Assembly (NCBI GenBank): GCA_964016885.1
Contig: OZ024742.1
Coordinates: forward strand, 317,006,001-317,070,000
Source: Eledone cirrhosa
Lineage: Eukaryota
Length of the DNA stretch: 64,000 nt
Direction of reading: 5' to 3'
Shown here: positions 39,101 to 50,700 of the stretch, in pieces
Position numbering within the stretch: position 1 is the stretch's first letter
Layout of the letters: the number at the start of each line of letters is the position of its first letter
The notes under the pieces: generated by a model
The model's database searches: none
What the model was told of the DNA's origin: nothing
What the model saw: the letters and a program-made list of their open reading frames with translations, nothing else
Translations under genes and position numbers: made by a program

Positions 39101-42022
39101 TGTCCAAGTCAACATTGGCACATTCCGGAAATCCAATCGGTAGCTGTCAGACAGTTCAAAACGCCTGAGCAGGTTGGTGAGGCTCTTGCACCCTCCACAC
39201 CTATCCGCTAATCCCACACAGTCCCAGCGTGCATCTAAGATCCCGTTCCAGTCGCCCACTAACACTAAAGAGCGGGACGTTCCAAGAAAGGTCTCCAGAC
39301 GCCGGAAGAAATCAGGCCGCCCTGCTCCTGTCGGGCATAGACGGCCACTAGCCTGAAAGCTTGCCCGTCTCCGCTGGTCACGTCCAGCACCACCAACTTA
39401 CCCTCTGGGTGCAGGAAGATGGCCCGTATGGCAAGATCCAAACCTCTCCGAAAAATCACAGCAACTCCTCCCCCCGATCCAGGACGGCTGGGAGATGCGT
39501 ACACACTCGTAGCCGCCGAAGATCGGTGCGAAGGCCCGTGCTTCGGAGATTCTGGTCTCGCTGATGGCCACTACATCTATGTTTAGTGACCTGAGGTCGT
39601 TGAGCAGGTGACCCTGCTTCCATTACGACCCCAAGCCACGCGCATTTATGCTGCCTATTCTGAGTGAGGTCATGTTTAAAATAGAGTGGAAAAGATGGGA
39701 AAGACCAATTACCGTACTTTTCGTAGAGGAGGGATGGTTTTTACATCCCTTTTCACTTGATCGTCTGGTGAAGGGACCGTTGAATCGTCCCTTCGGCTGG
39801 TTGTCGGCTCTTCTATGAGTATGTCCGAATATACTCTTCGATTGATAGTTCCTCCTAGGTCCCTGAAATCACCAACTGCGTTGGGGAATTTCGTTTTAAT
39901 GTTTGTGTATTGTTTCTGTGCTATTTTTAGCAGTCTTATGTTAGTTGGCGTTTTGATTGGTGCTTGTATTATGTAGTCGTGTTGTGAAATATCTGTGTGT
40001 TCAATTATGTAAGTCATTAGTTTCTTGTTGTGTTGTATTTATTGTCGTGCATTTGTTTTTCTGGGGGTGGGGTGTGGTTCTGCTATTTTCTTGTCGTTGT
40101 TGCTGGGTGTGTGTGTTTTGTTGTTGTGTTTGCGATGTTGGTGCTTGTGGTGGTGGTGTTGAAGGTGTTGTTGGCGGTGGGGTTGTCGCCGGTGGTGATG
40201 GTGGTGCTAGTGTGGGTGGTGATGGTGTTGGTGGTGTTGCTGCTGTGAGTCTCTTTGCAGTAGACTTTACCCTTTTCTCATTTCTTTCCTCCCTTTTCAA
40301 AGGCGACGTTGCGCTGCTTCTGCGTTTGTGCCTTCTTACGACCTTTTGCCATCCCTCTCCCACCTCACACTCCATGTCTGATTCTGTGAGATCGGGGAGG
40401 GGTACCAGCTCCACTCTTTCACTTGTTGTTGTTGATGATGTTTGCACTGGAGTCTCTGTTGCAGCTGCATTTTGTATTGCTGTTGTAGTTAATATTTCCA
40501 CTGCTGCTGCTGTTTTTGGTTTCTGTCGCGTGGGTATGGGTGCCACGGACCGATCGTTCCTGGTTGCCGCTTGTCCTGTTGCTGGTAGCCGTGGAGCCGG
40601 TTTCGGAAGGAGGGGGGTTTTCTCCTATCTCAGGGTCTTCTCGTTGCAGAAGGCCCTGAGGTGAGTCTTCGATCCACAGCGAAAGCATTTCGGGCGTTTG
40701 CCCTCAACACTTATGGGCAGTTGAGTGCTGTTATCGAAGTCTATCACATCCGGGATAGCTTCGATGCACTCCTGGTTGGTTTGGACTAACATCTCAATGG
40801 AGGTGCTGACCCAATCTTCTCTTACTTTTTTCTGTACTTGCAGTACAGTTGCTTTGTCCTCGATTCCGACGAGGACAGACGCGGCCGGCCAAGAAGGGGC
40901 CATCCCGGGGGGGGGGACGTGGGTCAGTTTGACTCTCACAATTTTTTGCCCGCAGTAGGAGGGCACCAACACCATTTCCTTGCTCCTTAGGGTCACTACG
41001 GATTGAGCCTTTGCCACCTGGGGTGTGGAAAAAAGTACGTCTACGGTGGCATATTTCTTGCCTCGGGTGATGTGTGTTTTCCGCTGCCACACAGACCCCA
41101 AGGCTTTTTGTATTTGAGCCTCTGTAGCTCTTTCCACCCTACGGGATTTTGTACTTACTGTACGGTACGTGACCGTACAGTGCTGTTGCAGATTGCTCGG
41201 TGTCCTGTCTTTGTCATCATCTTCTTCGATTCCTCTAATTCCTCATTTGTTATGAGGATTGTTTCCAGGTTCTTTGCGATACCTGCAAACGAGATTGGTT
41301 TTTCTTTGCTGCTGTTGTTGTTGTTGTTGTCGTCAGAGCTGCTGTTACTTTTGTTGTTGCTGCAGGTACTACGACTACTGCCACCGCCACTGTTGCTGTG
41401 GTTGTTGTTGTTGTTGCTGCTGCTAATGCTGTTGTTGTTTATGCTGCTGCTGATACTGTTGCGGCTGCTACTGTTGTTTTCATTGTCACTGTTGCTGTTG
41501 TTATTACGGCTGCTACTGCTATTATTTCTGACGTCAGACGAATGAAATGGGTTTTCATATTTCCCTCACACCTGTTTCGTCGTCGTTGTCGTCGTCGTCG
41601 TCGTCGTCGTGGAGAAATCTTGCACGCTTTGCACGAGACTTTTCTTTTCTGTCGTCGCCTGCGAAAGAGAAGGGAGGGAGAGAGACACATTTAAAGAAGG
41701 GAGGGTGAGAGACAATCTTCTCTCTACTGTAGTGACGATTGAGGAAGAAGAAGACGGAATGAGTGGGAGTGACCTATGAAAATTCTTTTTCGTAGCTATG
41801 TTGTTTTTGTTTTTTTTCGTTTAAAATAAATATTGGGCACAAAACCCCAATAAGCAGTTATTTAACCCCGAAGGGCCAAATAACGGGCTGAAAGACCCCT
41901 CTGACGAGGAGGAGGGTGTTTTTGTCTACAAGTTGGTAAAAGTTTTAAACAATTTACAATTGTTATAGCGTTCAAAATTTACAATACCTTACAGAGCCGA
42001 GCCTCCGTCAACCATAGCATTC
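36116..42022 (-). mobile_element. Tx1/L1-clade retrotransposon T3 (family A), full length
   Basis: ORF1 pieces 39709-41137; ORF2 ATG at 39673; long ORF 36362-39265; 5' end gaatgctatgg identical to T1; (AAT)n on both sides. Confidence 0.95.
36362..39673 (-). pseudogene. Tx1 ORF2 APE-RT-zinc finger; 967-aa open stretch, but frameshifted N-terminus and an in-frame deletion
   Basis: GDWNG, SYLDRV, TDHK, KSPGLDG, KAFDRVDH, VRQGCPLS, AYADD, GGLG, CPRC..ETVLHALVQC. Lacks the RPITLLN block present in T5 and T2. Confidence 0.9.
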
Positions 42023-42049
42023 AATAATAATAATAATAATAATAATAAT

Positions 42050-42322
42050 GCTTTCTTTATTAATCACAAGCGTTTACACAAAGTAGACATTAAGGACAGT
42101 ACAGGACAATACAGGAGGGTACAAAAGGGCATTTCTGCGTGTAAAAAAAACTAAAAACAGAGGATGTAATAAAAGAACAGTGAAACATTCCCCAATAGGG
42201 GGGAGACCTCCGAGGGCCATCGTGGAGAAAGCCCATTAAAAAAAGCCACGGTGACCCTGACCACCAGGGCAAGTGTCCTCTCCCAGTTTTCCACCTTCAA
42301 TTTACAGGCATATACTCAGAGT
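42050..42322 (-). mobile_element. Tx1 family-A-related 3' UTR fragment T4
   Basis: Matches the 3' ends of T1, T3 and T5 (ctttattaa.cacaag.gtttaca...). (AAT)n on both sides. Confidence 0.88.
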
Positions 42323-43604
42323 AGTAATAATAATGAGGTCAACATCATGGTCGCCCATAACGAAGCTCCCCACAAGATTTGAAATAAATAGAACACCATC
42401 GACAAAACTAAGAAAAACACTAAGAAAACGAAGTGGAAATATAATGACGAATACCAAAGAGACCTACCTATAACATAATATTCTTCATTAAAATAACGGA
42501 CCACATGTGTAAATAAGAAACTGAATATCAGCCGCACCACTACGCAGAATTATAAATCAAAACAAAAAGAAAAACGATATATGTAAGTAACAAACTCTAT
42601 TGATTATATTACACATACATGTTTTATAAACAACGAAAAATGCACACAAAATAAACATGCAGATATACAGACGTTCGCTCTTTGAACTTAAAGAAATAAC
42701 TATTTGAAGAAGAAAAACAGTCGTAGACCGGATGACACACGTTTTGTTTAATTTGGTATTACCTAACACGAAAATTCGATAAATTATTTCACCACTTATC
42801 TCTACAAATGATCTGACACTAGTTGTGAGAACTGCATAAATATTTTTATATATTTACCCATTAAAATCGCTGTTTACATATTATTTGAAGAAAAGAAACA
42901 GACACAGACCGGAAAACACACTGTTTATTTCGGGGGATAAGTTCTGTTTAATCGAAAATCCGACTAATTATTATGCAATCATCTCTGAGGCTGAAGATGT
43001 GAAAGGTGCATATATATTTTTAAATATTTCCCCAATACAATTCTCTTTTTTTTTTTTTACATTTCGGTCGATTGTGACTAAATTTCAGTTTTTGAAAGGA
43101 AAATGGACAGTTCAAAGATCACTTCTCTCTCCCACCACCACCACATTCAGACCAGTAAATCTCCAATCTATTTTTAGACTACTGTCACTGGCTGGTACCT
43201 ACCTGAGTGTCTAATGTGTGGGTATATATATGTATATATGTGTATATATACATACGTGTGAATGTATATTTATGTATGTGTATGGAGCCCACACAAAGGA
43301 CAAAACAAAGGGGAAGAAAAAATAATACTAGCCCCCCCCCCCCCCCATTTATACCTCAAACTCAAAATAGACAGAAAATAACACCGGAGAAGCAACCCCT
43401 ATAAGCTACAATTTCACCCTACCCACCACCACTCCCAGCACACCCACCCCTAGCATTATTGCCCCTGCCACCACCATCAACACTACTCACACCACAATAA
43501 CAGTTGCGAAATTCTCGTACACCTCTTTCAGCTGCAACCTTAAACAATATCACCTCAATCAACAACAGCAATGACCATAACTATACTGTTATAATAGTAA
43601 TAAT

Positions 43605-43792
43605 TGTTTCTGCTTTGGGCACAAGGCCAGCTATTACCCAGTGTATTACTGGTACTTTATTTTATCGACCTCGTAAGGATGAAAGGCAAAGTTAACCTCG
43701 GCGGGTTTTGAACTCAGAATGGCAAGGGCCGTAACTCAATGCCTCAACGCATGGCGTCCAACCCTCTACCTATACTGCCAATCCACCGCCCT
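43605..43792 (-). mobile_element. tRNA-derived SINE with conserved central domain (MetaSINE-like)
   Basis: Minus strand has an A-box-like tggcagtataggt, B box gagttcaaaaccc, then ctttgcctttcatcc.tacg.ggtcgataaaataaagtaccag. Several copies in the window. Confidence 0.8.
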
Positions 43793-43802
43793 TAGTAATA
43801 AT

Positions 43803-46800
43803 GGTCTCAGTGTCAGCCAGCAAATGCACTACCCAAAGAGCCGGGAAACTTTCCATGTATGTCCAATACCATGCGTAACGCAAGCATGTGCTGCGAGATG
43901 AACAAATACAAATTAATACACAATACCAAATCGCTTTTCCTATGGTTAATCAGGAAGCGCGTCCCTCAGGAAGGTGCCAACTTGAGATCGAAAAGCTCTC
44001 CTCTGGCACAAACTCTTCTCCAATTATGGACCTGGATGGTCACTTTACTTGATCGGGGAATGCCCCAACTCGAATCCTCCAGATCCACCACCCAAACCAC
44101 CTCAAAAAGAAAAGCCTAAAAGGATGAAATGGACCCGAGAAGAGTATAAAGAAGTAATATATGCATATTACTATGCATTAGGTAAGCCATCACAAGACAG
44201 ACACACTTTAAACTCCGAAATCTGGAACACTAGGAATCAAGCTAGCAGACGTGATATGGATGGAAATAAGTTGGCAAATGTAAGGATGTATATCTTCAGA
44301 AATAATCGACTCACAGACACTGAACTAACTGCGAACAAGTAGGCTGTGGAGAATGACATAAATATAAATGATGAAAGAACTGAAGAATCTCCTGGAGATA
44401 GTAACCAGTCACAAGTCTTTACTGAAATACCTCCATCTGACCAAATCACAAATAGGTTTGTAGAAATGAAAAGCCCTATTGAACCCGCTGAGAATAGCCA
44501 GGAGAGGGACTTAGAAACAGTAATTGAAAACCAAACATCTGCTGAAGAACACATGGAGACTATGAAGGAATTAAAGCAAAGAATACTGAATGAGCTTGCA
44601 GTAGAAAGACATTCTAGTATAAATGATAGAGAACCACTTCAAAAACTCCCAAATATAATCCAAAATAGAAAACAAATAATGATTGGTAATTCTGTGACAA
44701 AACAAATCATACAAGAACTAGAACCTGATCTCACTGAGCTAAATGGAATCATTTATGCATCTGCTAGAGTAATTGAAACAAGTTGTTTACCACAAAAAAA
44801 AACAAAAAAAGTCGAACATTCTAGGTAAACCAATTTGGAGGAGTAGAATCGAAAAGGAGATTGACGTAATGAGAGGAGAAATATCTTTATTGAGTGAGTT
44901 AACCGCTGGAAATTTTATAAGATCCAAGAAGGTAAGAAAGCTAAAGAGAAAATATGGACTGTCTTCTAGAGAAGCAATAGTTTCAACAAAAGAATCTCTG
45001 AAACAAAAAGTCCAAGTAAAAGCCCAACGAATTCGTAGATTCGAGAAGCGAAACAACTTCTACAGGCAAAATAAGTTGTTCTCATCCATTTTATAGAGAA
45101 GTAGGGACGGAAAAAATAATTATAGAAGAAAAAATAATCATAGAAGAAGTTGAAAACTTCTGGAGTAAGATTTGGAGTGATGAGAAGACATATAATACTA
45201 ATGTAGATTGGATTAGTCGCCTGGAAAAATCCTACACAAATTTAGAAGAACAGGCGTAGGAAGACAGCTCTATAGCGGAATTAAGGACAGCACTTAATAA
45301 ATCTCATAAATCTCCTGGTAGAGACAAGGTGCCAAATTTCTGGCTTTTCTAACTCCCGTGTACTCACAATATATTGGTCAAGCTGTTTAATGGAATTATG
45401 AAAGATCCAAAAATGCACCTGATTGGATAGCAAGTGGCATTATCTACCTTCTACCAAATAACAACGAAACCAAAGATCCAAAAAACTATCGGCGCATAAC
45501 ATGCTTGTCCACCACTTATAAACTATTAACCTCTATTCTCATGGAAAAAGCATACGTGTTTTTGGAGGAAAACAATATTTTCCCCATTGAAAAAAAGGGT
45601 GCCGACGACGTTCGTATGGATGCAAAGATCAACTTTTGATTAATCGCATGATCCTTGAGAGCTGTCATAATAAACAAAGAAATCTCAGTTCTGCATGGAT
45701 CGATTATAAAAAAGCCTTTGACAGCATACCACACTCATGGATTCTGAAACCACTGGACATCTTCAAAATCTCACCTGTGATCTCAAACTTCCTGAAGCAC
45801 AATATGTCATCATGGAACACAAATCTCCAATTGTCTTATTCCACTGGGGTACTGTTCTCTGGGAATATAAAGAACTTCTGTGGTATATTCCATGGTGACT
45901 CACTTTCACCCTTGCTTTTCTGCATAGCTTTAATGCCCCTTACATCCGAGCTTAATAGAACAGGGTACGGTTATAGAATTGACAACAAGAAAATAAGCCA
46001 CCTATTTTATATGGATGATTTGAAGCTATATTGCAAAGATAATGACGAACTGGAAGGCCTTTTGCGGACAGTAAAAACGTTTAGCGATGACATCAGAATG
46101 GAGTTTGGACTTGACAAGTGTGCAAAAGCTACTTTCAAGAAGGGGAAGCTTGTCAACTCAGGCTCAGTTGAATTGGATGCTGAAACGTTCATAAAAGAAC
46201 TTGAGCAGGAATAATCCTATAAATACTTAGGGATTAATGAGGGCTCTGGCATATAGAATGCAAGTATGAAAGAGAGGATACCGAAAGATGTTACGGGAGA
46301 GTACGTGCTGTTCTGAGATCAGAACTAAACGCTCGTAATAAGGTGCTAGCCATTAATTCCTTGGCAGTCCCAGCTGTCACTTGTAGCTTCGGTGTGTTGA
46401 ACTGGAATATGAGTGAAATCAAAAGAATCGACACCAAAATCCGTAAGCTACTGACCTGTAAAAGGATGCGCCAGCCAAAAGCAGATGTGAATCGTCTTTA
46501 CCTTCCTAGAACTCAGGGAGGCCGTGGCCTGATCCAATTTGAACTTGCTTACAAGACCACCATCATTGGACTGGCCAAATACCTTGAAAAAACTAACGAC
46601 TGTATGCTGAAACTTGTTAAAAAGCATGAGTGAAGTAAGAAGCTTCATTCTATCTTGAAGGAGAGCAAAAAATATTCTACTGATCTCATGCTTGATAGCC
46701 AGGCTGGACAGACTAAAGAAACTGTTGCAACTGATACTGCTAGGCACATAAAATCACTGGCAAAAGTAAAAGGGCAAGGACAATTAGCATCAAATTGGGA

Positions 46801-47740
46801 GCAGAAACCTCTGCATGGCAAATATGTAGCCCGTAGCAAACAAGCTGATGTTGACCAAAAGCACACCCATCAGTGGCTACGTAGTTCAGGGCTAAAGGCG
46901 GAGAGTGAAGGCTTCATCTTAGCTGCCCAAGACCAAAGCTTATTAACTCGTAATTACCAGGTCAATGTGATGAGAAACGGAATAAACCCAATGTGCCGAT
47001 TCTGCAATGCTGGGGTTGAAACAGTTGATCACTTAGTCTCTGGATGTAAAGTTTTAGCACCAGTAGAATACAAATATAGACATGACAGAGTTGGCCAATA
47101 TCTACACTGGGTAATATGTCGGCACTACAAAATCAAAGCTGAAGACAAGTGGTACAACCATCACCCTGAGGCTTTAACTGAAGGAGAAAAAGTAACAATT
47201 CGCTGCGACTTTCCTGTACATACTGACAGGACTATAAAAGCAAATAGAACTGACATCATTATAAAAGATCAGCATAACAAGGTCTGTTTGTTGATAGATA
47301 TGAGCATCCCATGTGATCACAATATTGCGGCAAAAGAATTTGACAAGCTACGAAAATTGAAAGATCTGCTTATTGAAATTGAGAAAATGTGGCACCTCAA
47401 GGCGGTTACAATACCAGTGATTGTGCGGGGTCTGGGAATGATCAAGAAAGGAACAAAACAATATTTGCGAATGATACCTGATTTACCTTTTCTGCACGAG
47501 GTGCAAAAAATTGTTTTGACTACTACTGCACACGTATTGAGAAGAGCACTATCTCTGTAAGATTGATAACCCTCCTTGTATTTTCATATGCATATGCACA
47601 TGTGTATATATGTATACAGGTTTGTTTTTATTATAATCAATGTGCTGTATTACCAATGCACACTGTGAATTTATTTGCCCTAGGTGTCAGGAAAACACTC
47701 GGCATATATCTCAGAAACAATAATGAAAGAAAATAAAAAT
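43803..47740 (+). mobile_element. R4/Dong-like element R4 (family E), apparently full length, disrupted
   Basis: N-terminal RMKWTREE..EVIYAYY motif, P.WRSRIEKEI, RT (WIDYKKAFDS, GDSLSP, YMDD), CRFC..ETVDHLVSGC, RHD and RLE. Preceded by gtaataat and followed by (AAT)n. Confidence 0.92.
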
Positions 47741-47741
47741 G

Positions 47742-47776
<35 letters not shown>

Positions 47777-47777
<1 letters not shown>

Positions 47778-50700
47778 TTTTCTTTATTAACCACAAGGGT
47801 TTACATAAAGTAGACATTAAGGACAGTACAGGACAATACAGGACGGTACAAATGGGCATTTCTGCGTGTAAAAAAAACAGAGGTTGAAATAAAAAAACAA
47901 AGAAAAATTCCCCAATAGGGGGGAGACTTCCGAGGGACATTTGTGGAGAAAGCCCATTAAAAGACCACAGTGGCCCTGACCACCAGGGCAAGTGCCCTCT
48001 CCCAGTTTTCCACCTTTAATTTACAGACACATACTCAGAGAAGGCCCATTCGTTCGGGCCATACTTGCTTCACTCACCCATCTTTCAACAAAATGCTGGG
48101 AAGAGAGTACTTCCCTCTCTACCCTGATTTTCCTTTTCAAATGAAATTTGAAAAAGTTAATCAGGGCATCACCGAAGAGGTAAGTGCTCGTCTTCAGCCC
48201 TTTCAAACGTGTCCACCATACTATCTCTTTCGCCATGGCCACCAGACATAAAAACTGCCTGCCCTTCCCGGCTAAAGGAAGGGGGCGGGGCAATCCTCAC
48301 GATGGACTCAGCTGATAGCTGGATCCGTCCTACACGTGACAGCAGGTGTTCGACATAAACCCACAAGTCAGCAATGCTCGGACACTAGACGAGTGCGTGC
48401 AGGACGGTTTCGTCGCCCTGCGCGCATCTCGGACATGCCCGACTGACGGCACCTCCATTCCTGTACAGTTTATCCCGAACTGGCAAAGCTCCTCGGTAGC
48501 ACTGCCAGGCCAGGGATTTATGGAAGTTGTCCATAGGCCCCGGCCCGAAAGTCCTTCCGAAGAGATTGGCTAGTTGATTTTCGTCGTCGCCTAGAGTTTC
48601 TCCAAGTACGTCGTCGCTCTTCCCCTCCACTAATCCCCTGTAGAACGCCAAGGTGGAGTTTCCACCGATCACATTGCCCGATTAGTCGAGGGCTGTGAGC
48701 GCCTGAAGACATTCCAGTCTCCAAGCGCTCCCTCTCGGTCTTCGCTTGACCCAGGACTGCAGCTCCGTCAAGGACACGAGCTGGGGAAAAACGCGTCTAG
48801 CAAACGGCGACCACACCTGATCACCGTCGAGGAAGAGGTGGAGATGTCGTAGCCTGAGCGCGTGTCTGCGCATTATCAGCCTCGGCATGCCCAGCCGTCC
48901 ACGTAGCGGGTGTTGACAGCAGATGGACCGCCTGACCATCGGAGCGCGTCCCTTCCACAAGAAGCGAAAGAGCAAACGCTCCAGCGCAGTCAGGACAAGG
49001 TACGACGGTCAGGCGGTAGTAGATGACGGATGCGATGTACGCATTCGCCACCTCCGCTCGACCTTTCAGGGATAGCTTCCTCTCCGCCCATTTCTGGGTG
49101 AGAGAAGCCACCCTGCTCGTCACCTCGTCCCAGTTTTTGTCCGTCTGGAGGTCTGGACCGAACCAGACCCCTAGTAATTTAACCGGTCCGTCCGTCCAGG
49201 GCCCGACGACGCTGTTGGACGGCATGGACCTGCCTCTCCAGGTGCCGAGCTGCAGGCCCACTGACTTTTCCTGGTTGATCATTGCTCCTGTCACCGCTTC
49301 GTATTCTCTTAGTGTAGTGCCGATCGCCTCGATGTGTTTGGCGTTCGACACCACTACGGTGACATCGTTGGCATATGCTGACACGGATCTTCCGCATCCT
49401 AGTTCGCGCGGGACCCCCCTCCACGTCTCCAGTTTGTGCAGTAATGGCTCGAGAGTCAATACGTACAATAGGGACGAGAGGGGACATCCTTGGCGGACAG
49501 AGCGCATGATGTTGAACGGTTCCGAAAGGTGACCGTTCACTCTCACTACAGAGCAGATGTTGCTGTGCATGGCAGCGATCCAGCCTCTGAAGACGGGCCC
49601 AAAGCCAGCCGCCCTCAGGACTGCCGTTAGGTAACGATGGTCGACCCTATCGAAGGCTTTCGACTGATCTAAATTGATCAAAGACCCACTCGTGCCAAGT
49701 TCCCTAGCTACCCACTCTACGATGTATCGCATGAGGTGGAGGTTGTCGTGGATGGATCTGTCGGGAATGGCGCATGTCTGTGCCTCTCCCACCAGACCAC
49801 CAACGACAAGCGCCAACCTCTTTGCTAGCACCTTGGCCAAAATCTTGAACTCTGTGTTTAGCAGAGTTATGGGCCTAAAATTATCTATGTTATCCCCCTT
49901 GTTCGGATCCTTTCTCAGCAGCGCCACTGCCACTGCCCCCGAACAGTTGAGCGAAGTGTCGCTGAAAAGCTTCACACATTTGCCCGGGATCGAGTAGCAT
50001 GCGCCCGTCGTGGTCCACCAAAGACCGGATCGTGGCTTTGTTGCCACGACGCGCCTCCGCCACTCGGGCCCATTGAACGGCTTTCGTCCCCTCGTGTCTG
50101 AGAGCACACACCCTAGCTCTGACAACGCAGCCTTCGTGCTTTGCATTGAAGAATTGGTCAAGGGCCAATTTTGCCGCAAGTACGTCGGTCGCGATGCCTT
50201 TGCTAAGCGCCTCATCTAATTTTCTAACTAGTTCTCCCTCTGCTCTATTTTTCTCTATTGCTAAAGTCTTACTAAACCTAATGGACTCTATTCTAATTGC
50301 TCTTTTCAGAGCAAACCACCACTTGTTGTTGACGATGGCCCCCGTCAACGCCCGCTTAACTAGTTCGCTAATCCGGTCTCTGTAGGCCTTGCGCGCTGGT
50401 AAGGACGCGTTTAGCTTCCAGTAGCCGGGTCCTCGTCTATGAAGCCTATCTAAGTCAAGCACACAGATCACGAATTTGTGGTCCGTGTAGCTGACTATCT
50501 TGAATTGTGGACAGCCTATGCTAGACCTATCTATTTCCCTACAAAATACTCTATCTAGATATGATCTGGATGACCCTATGCGATTTGTCCAAGTCCACAT
50601 TGGTACATTCGGGAAATCCATTCGGTACCTGTCAGACAGTTCAAAACGTCTGAGCAGGTTGGTGAGACTCTTGCACCCTCCTTCCCTATCCACTAATCCC

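Noticed and set aside
36362-39265. 967-aa ORF as an active retrotransposon or domesticated gene
   Set aside because: The APE N-terminus is frameshifted and the RPITLLN block is deleted.
24522-41545. Hydrophobic Leu/Val-rich plus-strand ORFs (24522, 35227, 39957, 41003) resembling membrane proteins
   Set aside because: Antisense of the ACA/CAA-rich low-complexity ORF1 regions of the Tx1 elements.
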